DNA of 64,000 bases. Source: Octopus vulgaris. Lineage: Eukaryota. Below the pieces are notes generated by a model, which searched no databases, had not been told where the DNA came from, and worked only from the letters and a program-made list of their open reading frames with translations. Location of the stretch: positions 40,796,001-40,860,000 of the forward strand of contig OX597825.1 of assembly GCA_951406725.2 (NCBI GenBank), written 5' to 3'. The position numbers and the translations under genes were made by a program. Positions 1 to 14,058 of the stretch are shown here, in pieces. Numbering within the stretch: the first letter of the stretch is position 1; each line of letters begins with the position of its first letter.

Positions 1-529
1 GGAAATGACCAGCATCTGCTGTACATTGTTTCTAAAAATCAATATTTCGACCAACCATATAACAGGCACCAACTCCCATGCAGGAGACTTGTTGGCTAAT
101 GTATTTGATTTTCACAAAATATTTTAGCATCACAGACGATAATATCGTTTCCTATGAAGTTTCGAGGCAACTTTCATAACTAAATTAAATCAGTATCAAC
201 AGAATCGCCAGAAAATATCAGTCAATAATTGCTAATCAAGCTGATGACACTGTTTCAAAGACGTTAACAAGTCAAATAGAAAGCAGACGCAAATGTATAA
301 GTGTTCTTGAATTTCATTCTGTTTTGGCATTAATTTTAATCATTCTTGTCTTTGAGCAGTATTTCAACTTACTACTAACATCTCCACACACTTAATATAA
401 GTCATAAAAAAAAATGTTGCACGTTTAGCAAAAGATCATCTCATAATCTCAAAAATACCTAGTGACATTTTCATTATGGATAATATTAAAAGGTGAGTTT
501 AAATTCCTTGGTTGGAGAGGGTTTTACTT

Positions 530-780
530 CGAGGTCTTCAACAATCTCTTTAGGAGTCGTTGGTGCCTAGTGAAAAACGAGGTTTGTCTTTTTGCAAATT
601 CAGATCTTATCGCAAATACAAATCATATTTACCTTTTCGGGAATATACGAGAAATATGAGAGGAGCTTAACAACATAGTTTAACAACTAACGTCATCTTA
701 TGTTCGGCAATCCTGAATATTTCGTGCACTTTTGACAATAGACCATACGTGCCTAATGACAGATATATTTGAAAATTAGT
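530..780 (-). mobile_element. Very degraded RTE-type LINE endonuclease N-terminal remnant
   Basis: Minus-strand translations GTYGLLS..RIAEHKMTLVVKL and FVFAIRSEFAKRQTSF..GTND loosely resemble RTE APE motifs (NVRTLLD..RPERRTALV; GVGFAI..L..P.GINDR). Weak. Confidence 0.3.
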
Positions 781-1023
781 CTGTTGGTTTATACAGTATA
801 TAATGTATGCGATAATGAATATAGCATAGGATGCCTGTCTCATGCTGTATATGTCCAAAAATGCGAAGAAATTGCGTTGTAGCTAAAAATTTTAAACAAG
901 ATCCCATGTTTGATTCCAGTGTGCGATATTTCTATTAAGATGAATGGCCCAATGTTTGCCAAGGAGATTGAGTAATTACAAACTATTATATTGCCTGCTC
1001 TTATTCAATATTCCAGCTATGTA

Positions 1024-1024
1024 A

Positions 1025-1074
<50 letters not shown>

Positions 1075-1086
1075 AACATACACACA
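1024..1086. repeat. (CA)n microsatellite
   Basis: Direct inspection. Confidence 0.95.
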
Positions 1087-4000
1087 TTCTGGGACGTTGA
1101 ACATCCTATAGAAATACGTTGTAGATAACAGTGTCGTTATATTTGATGGCCTCAAGAATCGTATAAGTCTGTTTTTCCATTACACAGGGAAATTAACCAA
1201 ACAGAAATTAGTGGTAGAGAAACGAATTCTACAGCCTAAAATCTTAATTAAAAGACGTTGTTTATTCGTTTACTTTCATTTTCCAGAGACTTTATAGAAG
1301 TCTTTTTTAACTCAGTGATCGTCGTTACAGCTTCTAAGTGCGGAAAAAAGACCATTGACTACAGGCTGTATTCTTTCGGAGAAGTGATGAATCCAATAAG
1401 AATATTAAGCGAATTAGCCAGTTATACAAGAAAGGAGATTGTTTATTTGTAGGAATAGGCCTTACGTTGATGGATTTGAGCTTAAGCTGTAAGGATGCAT
1501 CACGTTATAACGAATTTCATTACCTTGAATACAAATAGACTGAGTCTAAAATCAACATTTATCGTTATTCAATGTCATATTAGATCTATGGGTAAATATT
1601 AAGAATTTTGATAAATGTTTGTTAATTTCCTGCTTTATATAATATTACTTCTAAGCACATATGTTGACGTTATGCTCGTACGTACCTATCATTTGCTTTC
1701 CAAAAGCATGATTTCGTGCAGATCCCTTGAAACACGTCATGTTTTGTACGCTTCAAAACTAAAACGTTTAAACGGCAACAGTTGACCGTTTGTCTCAAAA
1801 AAAGGGGGATAACTATTTCAAAATAATAATGGTATACAACTCAGTGATGTGCGCTGCGTAATCAACGTAATTTTCTTGTAAGAAGAGATTTTAACAAAAG
1901 CAATCATGTAATTATTTGAATTTATGAATGTTTATTGTCCCTTCCACTAGGTTTATTTATAGAGCTAATACTTTTCAGAGTTAAAAAATGTGCTGTGTTA
2001 TAATGAGCATTGACAGTAGGCTGTAAACGAAAATAGAAAGCCTAAACATACTTTAATTCACTTGTCTAGATATGAATGAATCATCATTTGGCAGTTTAGC
2101 CAATATATTTTGATGGTGAATATGATGGAAAGGTTTTATATTATCAGAAACAATTATATATCTTACCTTGATATTTATAAAGACAATATAAAATGCTTTT
2201 GCGATATGCAAAGCAAAATACTGTGTATTTGCCTTTGTGAAACTTTTACTGTTCATCGTTGATTTTCAGAAAGATGTGAAATGGGATAGCTGATAATGTA
2301 TGATAATAAATACTGGATACGTTCCGATTAACGCCAAACACAATAAATAAGAATTAAGTTATGTTGAGAGAGTAGGGTCTAGTTAGCAACATCACAGATC
2401 ACTTTCAAGGCGAAAAGAATATGACAAAATGATGTATGTAATAAAAGAAAAATCTTATCAAAAATATTTACTCATATCATTACTACCATCTTCTTAAATT
2501 TTTTTGTTTGAAAAAATTTCCAGCTATATTCAGGGGGAAAGAAATGCTACCAGAAGTTAATTATATATATAAAAAAAAGATCAAAACGTTTCGTGAAGAG
2601 ACTAATAGAATGAATCATCTTTATCTCTCTTTGACAAATTTTTATTCTATATTCCTTAAAATCGTATTTAGATGTGTCTATAAATGTCAGTGAGTTTTGA
2701 AATACTATAAATACAAAAATAGTGGGAAAGTAATTATCGAATAAAAATTTTGACAGATTCTTATTCTTTGATATTTTTCCGTCAACTTGGAAAGAGATAT
2801 TGAGAGATTGGCCAATTTCAAAACTAAATTATTTGTTGATAATTTAAATATAAAATATTAATCAATATCAAATTATTGTATCTTTCTCGTAAATAAAAAC
2901 CAGAAAATGTAGCTAGGGTTGATCTCTTCAGAAATTTACATAGCTCTTTAATAAAGCAAGACCTGTCTTTAAAATGTTCCTTAATGTCATTTATATTAAG
3001 TAAGTTCCACTATCTTGGAAAATGAGATTTATTAATATTATCTTTTTTTTTTTTACTCAAGAAAATTTATAGAGACTCAGATGCTGACATATTTTATATA
3101 TATTTGTAGTTATCTTATGAAACAAATTCCGTAAAACCGTACATAATTTGAAAATATTTGCGATAATAAGCGAAAGCGAAAGCGCAAGAATTTCTCAAGT
3201 AATATATCAGTAGTCTCATAAATATTTGAAAGGTATTTAAATATTACGAAATTTATTACCTGATTAAATTCTAAACATTATAAAATGAATTTAACTACGT
3301 GTTACTTGGAAACGTGCTGGCAGTTGTAAGAAAACACTTACAGTAAATGCAAATGAAGGAAAATCCGGTAAGAAGTGGTGAAATCTCGCTTCAGAAAATG
3401 AAGTTTTATGTATGAGATAATGCTTTTCTCTATACTGTCACACATATTGTTTAAATAAATGTGAGATAAAAGAAATGGAATTAAGAGTTAATAATAATTA
3501 TTATAATTGCTTTCTTGAACAGATTGTAGCAGGCAATTTATGGTGCTTTACTCCCATTTGGAATAACTACTTTAGTCCAGTTCAGAGTTTAAATGTCTGA
3601 AGATAGTTTGCCATACATTTATAACATAGTCACAGATACTCCATTGTCTATAGCGAAAAATTATTAATAATTTTGTTGTGTATAAATGAATAGTCTTCCG
3701 TTAGTGCCCATTTTAAAATGTTTCTTTGAAAAAGTTAAGAAATAACGATATATTTCAATTTGCTTTGTTTTTTCTTTTCTTTTGCGGATGTGCAACTATT
3801 TGAGGAAGAAATATGTAATGTGTTTAGCGTGTTGTTCGCAAAAAATAAGACGTTTTAGACAATTATCCTCAGTGAGGAATATGTAGAAAACAAGAGGTAG
3901 TACAGATTAACTAAGTGTCATATTGTAAAGTAGCCCTTATTATGTGACAGCAGATTTAATTCACAACTGCAATTATATTATTTATCCCATTAATGTCTGT

Positions 4001-5769
4001 GACGTAAGAATGAGCGTGATAACTTTCATTTTTCTGATCCAAAAACAAAAGGTTTTATCTTTTATTAATGCAATCATCTAATGCCAAAAATGTTGTTGAG
4101 TTTCGAATTACTTATATGTGTGACGGATGTATTCTTACAGATGCAAGCTTACAATATATTTTACAATATATTTATCCTCTTTATAGCTTAATTAGTGGAT
4201 GTAGAAGAAAAACAGGAACCATGGCCTTCACAGGCTATTGCTGTCCCTTCTTAGATTAGAGGGATTGATGTCAATAATGCCACACTTCAAATTTAGTATG
4301 TGAATTCCTGCAACAAATAAGAAGGAAAAATATGAGTCGACATTCTTGTGAGAAAAGAATGGCCATAGTGATTAATGTGGAAAAAGCTGAATGGCTGAAC
4401 TTAACAAGGGTCATAGGCAGAAAAGAGACAAGTGGGTTTTCTCTAAATAATGGCTAAATAAAGGTGTCATGAATATATTTACCTCCGAAGAAAAAGAATC
4501 ATACCATTATGGTAACAGTAAAAAGATCAAGGAGAAAATGCGTTGTTTGGATTTGCGATTAAAGCATTTAAATTTAGCAACTGTAAATCCATAGTCATCT
4601 CTGACCGAGGAGACATGTCGAGGCTTAAGTATGTTCTGCAGTTAAATTAAATCAAGATGAAAAGTAAAGCAGGTTTTGTAATAAAATTCTTTCAATACAT
4701 TGAATGTTTCGTTAATACCATTGACCAAATATTGTCATGCAGAAGATGTCTAAGCGTTTCACAATCTTTTCTTTAATATAAATAGTTAAAATATAGTATT
4801 TGGGATGCATTTTCGTTTTGTTTTGTGAATTTAAAATGAGAGACTAACAAAAATACCATTGTTCATGAAAGATTAAGGGTGAGTCTTATTTGACACTGTA
4901 ATAAATATGACATGCTTTTAATGTAGGGAAAAAGAAAATTTCGAAATACTATTGACAGATTCAATACTTGTTGAATGTAGCTAAGGAACTATGTTCACAA
5001 TGTTTGATATTTCTTTTGCTCGCCAATCTTATATAGAAAGTATTATATTCTATATTATAGTAACTCAGGGGGATACAAATATCCATTAGTTTCTCAAATT
5101 CTTTTGAATATATGTGTTTATACGTAAAGTGTATAGAAGAGTAAACTGAATAGTGACATGTTTTTCGAATATTAGCAAGATTAGCGAAGTAAATTAGCTT
5201 CATCTGAATACTGAAACCAATTTGCTTATATGGCCCTCCAGGAAATTACTTCAATGATTAGGGCATTTGCTACCACATTTCTTACTAATATACATCAATT
5301 GCATACAGTAAAGAATTAATACATATTTTGTCGTTATTAACGATTCCCTCCAAAATAAATTGATGTTCAATATAGGTATAAGTGAAATATGTTAACATTA
5401 TATTTTATGGTGAAAGGTTTATAGAGTGATAAGTGTGTTCAAAGAATGATGTCTGGTCGATACTCATGAAAGAGAAATCCGCTCCTTGCCTATTTTTACT
5501 TTTTATAGTTTTTTTTGCTGGTGGTGCTGCTGCTGATTAATAGTTATGAATTGAGAGCAAAAGTAATAGAACATTTGAAGTTATTTTACTATGAATGCTG
5601 CAATTATATTATTAATTCTAAGTATTACCAATACAAGAACACTGTCAGAGTGATTCAAACGTTTGAACTTTTGAAAATATTATGGCTGAATGTTACGGAA
5701 TAAAGTAAATATAGTAGCAGGACAACCTTAGGCGCATGAAAATAATTCTATTTAAAAGCATATTTGCAC

Positions 5770-5900
5770 GTGTTTGTGTGTGTGTGTGCGTGCGTGTAGT
5801 TACATGTGTGTGGATGTTTGTATTTGTATAGATAAAGATATTAGTGTGTACATATAGATATGTGTGTCTACATGTAAATATATATACAAATAATATATGA

Positions 5901-5931
<31 letters not shown>

Positions 5932-5947
5932 CAAACATACATAATAC

Positions 5948-6020
<73 letters not shown>

Positions 6021-6066
6021 GCGAGCGCTAAAATTCAAAACGGATATAGATGGATATAGATATATA
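5770..6066. repeat. Compound (TG)n/(TA)n microsatellite
   Basis: Direct inspection; source of the YIYI ORFs here. Confidence 0.95.
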
Positions 6067-6074
6067 TCTTTATA

Positions 6075-6268
6075 TTCTTTTACTTCTCTCAATTATTTGA
6101 CTGCGCCCATACTGAAGCACCGCATTTAGTCGAAGAAATTGACCCCAGAACTTGCTCTTTGTAAGCCTAGGTCTTATTCCATCCGTCCCTTAGGCCGAAC
6201 CACTAAGTTATTGGGACATAAACACACTAATATCAGTTGTCAAGCGATGGTGGGGGCCAAGCACAGAC

Positions 6269-6336
<68 letters not shown>

Positions 6337-6492
6337 CACACACGACGGGCTTCTTTCTTTCCGTCTCACAAGGCTTTCGTCGGCCTGTGGCTATAAGAGA
6401 TGACACTTGCCCAAGGTGCCTCAACGTGCAACTGAACCCGGAACCATATGGTTGGGAAGCAAGCTTCTTACTACACAGCAACTCCTGCGTCT
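6075..6492 (-). mobile_element. tRNA-derived SINE, family A (CORE-like, octopus OR-type), full length with internal (TA)n
   Basis: Reverse complement aligns along its length with the copy at 40977-41400: head with A/B-box-like motifs, CCTTGGGCAAGTG core, internal microsatellite, GTAAAAGA tail. Confidence 0.85.
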
Positions 6493-6535
6493 TTATATAA
6501 CGGATAATGATGGATATATATATCATATATACACG

Positions 6536-6588
<53 letters not shown>

Positions 6589-7872
6589 TTGGGTTGGCAA
6601 CTAAGTTCCCACGGCTTTTTTAAATTTTGAAATTGAATGCGTTTTGAAATTTTGGAATCTATTTTTCTCAAGAATTCTATTTATAAATCATTTTGGAGTC
6701 TATTTTGTATTTTTTCGTGTGAATTTTAGTTAATTTTTGTTTATTCTCAGATCATTAAAATGGAATGTCAAGTTAAGAAAAACGACCATTTTCGACGCCT
6801 TTTTCTTTTTGCTTCTAATCAAGGTTCTAAAGCCGCAAAAGCTACTCGCGACCTTTCTGCTGTGTATGGAGAGGGTGCCATAACTAAAAGAACCGCTCGT
6901 GATTGGTATGCCAAGTTCAAAAATGAAAATTTTGACCCAAAGACGCACCTCGTTCTAGCTGTTCAGTTGAGTTCGATGAAGAGCGATTAAACTTACTTTT
7001 GCACGAAAATTCTCGTAAAACGACAAGGGGACCGGCAGAGAAAATGGAATGCTCCAACACTGCTATAGAGAAGCATGTTCACTCGATGGGAAAGTTTCAG
7101 AAGTATGGAGCATGTGTTCCGCATGCTTTACGTGACAACAACAAAAATCGATGAGCCACAATCCCCGCTGTTTTGCTTTCTCGTCCCCGCTCAACTCATG
7201 GACACAAGCAACGATTTCTTTACCGAATCGTTACTGGCGATGAAAAATGGTGCCTGTACATCAATATGAAGCTTCGTAAGGAATGGCTTAGTCCCGGTAA
7301 ACTAGTGACATAGTGCGTAAAACAAGATCCTCATCCGCGTGAAAGAATATGCGTATAATGAGCTGGGAAGGGATTATCCATTACGAATTGCTTGAACCGA
7401 ACGAAACGGTCAACGCGGAACTCTATGTTCAACAGATGGAACGACTCACCACGGCTATTCAAGAGAAAAGACCTAATCGGCAGCATGGAGTTCTTCTGCT
7501 GCATGGCAACCCTCACCCTCATATCGCCAATATGATCAAGGAAGCCATTCAAACTCAAGGCTGGGATGTGCTGCCACACCCGCCATACTCTCCTGACTTG
7601 GTACCAACGGATTTCCACCTCTTTTGATCTCTTTCAAATGCTATGCGCGGAGTTTCTTTCATTACTGATGCAGAATTGGGAGCTTGGTTGGATCAATTTT
7701 TCGAGTCAAAATCGGGTGATTTCTACCAACGAGGTATTGAAAATCTTGTTGAACGTTGGGAAGAAGTTGTAAACAGCAAGGGTGAATATATATTTGATTA
7801 ATTAGTTGTTATTTTTTATTAAACCTTTTAAAAAATCAAAAAAAAGCAACGGAAACTTAGTTGCCAACCTAA
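6589..7872 (+). mobile_element. Full-length mariner DNA transposon (mellifera-subfamily-like), 1284 bp, defective
   Basis: Left TIR TTGGGTTGGCAACTAAGTTCCCACGGCTTTTTT; right end reverse complement TTAGGTTGGCAACTAAGTTTCCGTTGCTTTTTT. TA on both sides (6587-88, 7873-74). Encodes a mariner transposase. Confidence 0.95.
6760..7801 (+). pseudogene. Mariner transposase pseudogene (frameshifts, stops, second catalytic D changed to G)
   Basis: MECQVKKNDHFRRLFLF..AVYGEGAI..RDWYAKFK HTH region; IVTGDEKW; LLLHGNPHPH (canonical LLHDNARPH); HPPYSPDLVPTDFHLF; ends GEYIFD*. Confidence 0.92.
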
Positions 7873-7899
7873 TATATATATGCATATATATATTATTTA

Positions 7900-8545
7900 T
7901 ATTATTAATTAATTGAACGCCACGCATTCATTTACACGTAAATTTATCTTAACCTTTTTCATGCGACTCTACTCTATACTGTTTTACCCCCAACTTAATT
8001 TCCTTCTTCTCCCTTTCACCGTTTTCTATCTGTCTCTGTCTCTCTCACCTTCTTTTTCCTTTTCTCTCTCGTTGCTCGCACGGGACCATCGTCCATCTTT
8101 CTTTCCCTCACGTGACCATCATTCTTTTCTGCACGAACCTTCTAAGGACTGGACGTCTCCTATCACTTTCTTCTATTATTTCTCTTTTCAAAGAAAATAT
8201 TTCTCTCAGCCTTCACTACTTTTACCTCGTTCAGGTCTAACAACCGTACATATTTGTTTTCGTTCGGTTTCCCTACATGTCTCCACTGTCCTGTTCTTGT
8301 TCTTAACTTTGACCCTCCTTAAATGCAAAATTTTATTTTGGTATTTATGGGAGCAACTGTCTTCGAAGACTCATATTGTCGTTGATTGCTCGAAATGTGG
8401 AATGGATAGACAGCCGACAACGGCTCACCGGATGATGGGTCGTTCTTTGTATTCTTTGTATTTTCCAGTTTTTCTCACGCTATTGGCGTATTTAACTAAT
8501 TTGTTTTCGTATTTCATGGTGTTTACTTACGTCCTGTACCCATAT
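7900..8545 (+). repeat. Non-coding dispersed repeat family F1 (pyrimidine-rich body, ends GTCCTGTACCCAT before (TA)n)
   Basis: 8345-8545 matches the reverse complement of 52095-52310 and 52555-52716. Flanked by TA repeats. Confidence 0.65.
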
Positions 8546-8722
8546 ATGCATATATATATTATTTATATCATTGTATGCATACATATATATATATATATAT
8601 ATACATTTATACATATATATACATATATATATAAACAAAGTTAAATGCGATACAATAAAATTAATTATAATCGCCGGTGTACCAGTACACGCCATATATT
8701 ATTCATATATCATTACATTCAA

Positions 8723-9769
<1,047 letters not shown>

Positions 9770-9890
9770 ACCTCAGGTAAAAGGCCTATCACCTCAAGTA
9801 AACAATCAAAAGATTATCACTCCGTTTCCCCAAGCTGTAACAATCGCCTTTTTAAAAATTATTTTACTTTCTCTCTCTTTTCTTCTTTGC

Positions 9891-10116
9891 TCTTTTACTC
9901 AATTACTTGTTTCAGTCATTTGACTGTGGTCATGCTGGAACACCGCCTTTAGTCGATTGAGCAAATCGACCCCAGGACTTATTCTTTGTAAGCCAAGTAC
10001 TTATTCTATCGGTGCCTTTTGCCGAACCGCTAAGTTACGGGGACGTAAACACACCATCATCGGTTGTCAAGCGATGTTGGGGGGACAAACACAGACACAC
10101 AAACATATACACACAC

Positions 10117-10189
<73 letters not shown>

Positions 10190-10341
10190 GAGAGAGAGAG
10201 ACATATATACGGCGGCTTTTTCAGTTTCCGTCTACCAAATCCACTCACATGTCTATAATAGAAGACACTTAGCCAAGGTTCCACGCAGTGGGACTGAACC
10301 CGGAACCATGTGGTTGGTAAGCAAGCTACTTACCACACAGC
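9891..10341 (-). mobile_element. SINE family A, near full length, internal (TA)n(GA)n
   Basis: High similarity to the reverse complement of 40977-41400. Confidence 0.85.
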
Positions 10342-10368
10342 GATTATACATATTTATTTATTTAGTTT

Positions 10369-10570
10369 TTACTTTTTACGTGTTTAATTCATTAGACTGT
10401 GAAAATGTTTTGTTGAATAAATCTACCCACGTACTTATTTTCTTTGTCAAGCCTGGTACTTATTCTATGTTACTCGTTTTTGCCGAACCGATAAGTTACT
10501 GGGACGTAAACAAACCAACACCGGTTGTCAAGCTGTGGTGGATGGCAAACAAAGACACAGACATAAACAC
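10369..10570 (-). mobile_element. SINE family A, 3' half
   Basis: GCCTGGTACTTATTCTAT..GCCGAACCGATAAGTTAC..GGTTGTCAAGC motifs shared with the other copies. Confidence 0.75.
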
Positions 10571-10689
10571 ACACGCGCGTATGCATGTATGCATGTATGT
10601 ATGTATGTATGTATGCATGTATGTATGTATGTATGTATATATGTATGTATGTGTATGAATATATTTACATTTGTATATATATATTTACA

Positions 10690-11790
10690 TAGAGCATAAA
10701 ATACAGAATACTACACAATTTCTTAAGTAGATAACTGTTTCATAACCTCGCTGTTACGTAATAATCGTAATAATCATAACCTGCAGATCGAATGTGCAAA
10801 AGTTCTTGGGCCTGCAACCAGTAAACAGTCACACGGAGATATTACAATAAGTCCGATTCCGCTCAGCTAGTGAAGGTTGTGGCAAAAGCGGTTCATATAG
10901 TAGTGCCAAAAATATTAACGCTTGAAGGAAGGAAGAGGGGAGAAGAATAAGAATGACAGGCAGGAAGAGGGAGGATGATATCTAAGGCATAGGAAGGAAA
11001 GGACAGAGGTACAAAAGAAGAAAGAAGGAGGGAGATTTCTACGATATAGAGGGAATGAAGAGAAGTAGAACAGAAGAAATAGAAAGAGTATGACAGAGGA
11101 GAGAGTAAAAGTCAGATGGTGGTGGAGGTCACTCGAGGTCAAGGGAATCTTCCTAAGCAGACAGTAAATCAGTTAAGGATAGAGAGAATGGAAGAGATAA
11201 GCAGTGCAGAAAAAAGGTTGGGGGTGATGGTAGTAAGTGTGGAAGGTATGTTAGGTAAGGAGAAAATGATACAAAGTGAAAGAAAGGAGAAAGAAAATGC
11301 TGCTTGTATTGCTAATAAGTAAAGAACTTAAACACAAGTAGGAGGAATCATAATGAATTTACATAATGGGCAAATGAGGTATAAAAGTTCTACAACGAGA
11401 AGATTACTTCTGAGAACCTATTGAGTAACGAGGTATTATAAAGAAGAAGATTCCATGCAATATAAATTACAAACAAGAGGATTACTGTTTTACGAGGAAG
11501 CCCCACAAACTATGAACCACGATAAGGTAGAGATAATAATCTGGGATTTGAGGTGGTGTATATATGGACATAAGCTTAAATGCGTCTAAAACTTTGGGTT
11601 TTGTAATCGTCGTCGAGGTGACCATCCGATGACCGAATTTGTACGAGGACGGCACGATGAGTAAGTAAGCCGCGGACTCAAACCCGGCGAAAGCTGACTG
11701 TTAGTGCATTAACCTCATGAACGGGCATTGCAGGAATTTTGCATCGGCAATGGCCAGTTATTTTCTTCCTCGGCCACGAGTGAGAACTCA
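10690..11790. repeat. Probable dispersed repeat with a long purine-rich body, unclassified
   Basis: GA-rich block 10920-11350 between microsatellites; looks like F1/F2 architecture on the opposite strand. No second copy in the window. Confidence 0.3.
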
Positions 11791-11852
11791 TCATATGTGT
11801 GAGTGTGTGTGTGAGAGTTTGTGAGTATGTGTGTGAGAGTTTGTGTGTGTGC

Positions 11853-11883
<31 letters not shown>

Positions 11884-11924
11884 TGTCCGTGTGTGTATGT
11901 GTGTGTGGGGGTGGGTGGGCGGGC

Positions 11925-12178
11925 GTGTGTAAATGCCCAAATAGCTGTTGTGAGTTTTGAACCCCGCTTGTGTTCTTCGTTTATACATACGCCAAACCTA
12001 TAACTAATCCGAATTTGATCTACGGTTTATTTTGCATCTGTTACTATGTATATATGTATATGTCTGTCTGTACATACTTATACATACTTACAAATACATA
12101 CATACATACATACATACATACATACATACATACATACATACATACATACATACATACATACATACATACATACATACA

Positions 12179-12212
<34 letters not shown>

Positions 12213-12334
12213 GGTGGGTAACCCTTACGGCAAGGGAACCGGGAAACCGGCCCTTATGAACCCGGCTTGGCTCGAGAAGGAACAACCACAAGCGGGGTTC
12301 AAAACTCACAACAGCCTTTTGGGCATTTACACAC
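11925..12334. mobile_element. Possible MITE: ~48-bp inverted repeats enclosing (TACA)n and a SINE/LINE-tail-like fragment
   Basis: GTGTGTAAATGCCCAAATAGCTGTTGTGAGTTTTGAACCCCGCTTGTG (11925-72) versus CACAAGCGGGGTTCAAAACTCACAACAGCCTTTTGGGCATTTACACAC (12287-334). Confidence 0.5.
12095..12208. repeat. (TACA)n tetranucleotide microsatellite
   Basis: Direct inspection. Confidence 0.95.
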
Positions 12335-14025
12335 ACACACTGAGCGAAATACACGCTTACGATTGAGTTGAAGGTAGATATACTTCTGCCTTTATAAAGA
12401 CGTAAAGAAGACGGTGGTGTAGGAGTGTACACAACAGTAGTAACAGTAGCTTAAATACTGAGATTGAAAGGCTGGGGCGAATTATGCCTACCTAATCTAC
12501 AAAAAATATTTTGTATTTTAAGCATATTAATCAGAGTAACTTTCATAGTTTTATTGAATTAGGTGCATATTTTGCCATAAAAGGAAAATATTGATCTATC
12601 TATCTATTTTATTCAAGGTAGGCACTGCCTCCCTTGCCTACCTAGGTGACACGTTCTTGATATATCCGCGTGTGTATATATACATACTTACGACTATGAA
12701 GAGTTGCTTTAATTTATTGTGAGATTGGTGCTAAGTTCTCAGTCACTCATGGCCTCCTACATGTCGATAAGTTGTAATGATTCTTGTAAGTGATCTATAT
12801 TTGTGTGTGTGCGCGCGCGAGTGCATATGTGTGTGTGTGTGTATGCATGTGTAAATGTGTGTGTAGATAGATATATAAACATGCACGAACATATGAAACC
12901 CACACGCACATATGATACCTATATTATCAAGATGCAGACACACAAAATTTGAATATGAGTAAAAGGATCTACTTTATATTTCTAAATATCATTCTAAGTA
13001 GTCACGATGCAAGCATTAAAAACAAAGAGTTAATTCACCTGATCTGAATATCTTTTTCTACGTGATTAAATATTAGGAAAGACTTAAATGTAGTTTAGAC
13101 AGTTTTTTTTATCATTTAAACATATTAATGTTTCCTTCAATTTATATATGTGTAAGTTATTCAAAATTATATTATTATACACATACACTCACATAACCGC
13201 ACGAATAAGTATTCACACACCAATGATGATAGATGGATATGTGCATGTATGTGTATACAAATATATATACATAAATTTATAGATACATAAATATATATAT
13301 ATATACACATAAATATATACATATAAATATATACATAATTATACACACGCTTGCATACACACACACACACACTTATATACATAAATGTATATACATGTTT
13401 ACACACTTATTCAGTAGATATATGTATGTACCTAGAGATAGAAAATTAGAGTAATAAAAGATAACGTTTAAGAAGTTACATTTCACTCTCTCATTCCCCT
13501 CTCCATCTCTCACCTCTTTTCTTCTTCCTCTCTCTCTCGAGTTTTCTTTCTCTGAGTAAACTTGTTTCTTACTTTCTCACCTTTTTTCCCCATCGCTCCA
13601 ATCGACACCTTACAGCTAATGTATCAATTACTCATTTGATAAGGTTCCAGCGCAATGAACACTGTATGAAAAAATAGTATATGAAAATGCGATAAAATAG
13701 AAGGTTCTATCTAAAAAATGCTGCACCTCATAGGAATGATTAATCATATAATAACTACAGAGTAAAATACAACTTCACAAGTAAAATTTTATTGAGGATA
13801 AAAAATACATATATACATATATGAATGTATGGGTGTGTACGCATGTATGTGTATACATACAAACATACATATAACATACAGATATAACACACGTGTATAC
13901 ACACATCTATTATGAATATATATATATACACACACACATGCACATATATATAACTCTCTCTTTCTTTCCCTTTCTCTCTCCCCTACATACATATACACAC
14001 ACACATATATATATATTTATGTGTG

Positions 14026-14058
<33 letters not shown>

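Noticed and set aside
7913-8644. Longest ORF in the track (243 aa)
   Set aside because: Non-ATG start, F/L/S bias from a pyrimidine-rich repeat, ends in microsatellite, and overlaps repeat family F1.
11650-11700. CACGATGAGT..ACTCAAACCCGG hammerhead-like string
   Set aside because: Both core motifs are altered and no helix I is evident.
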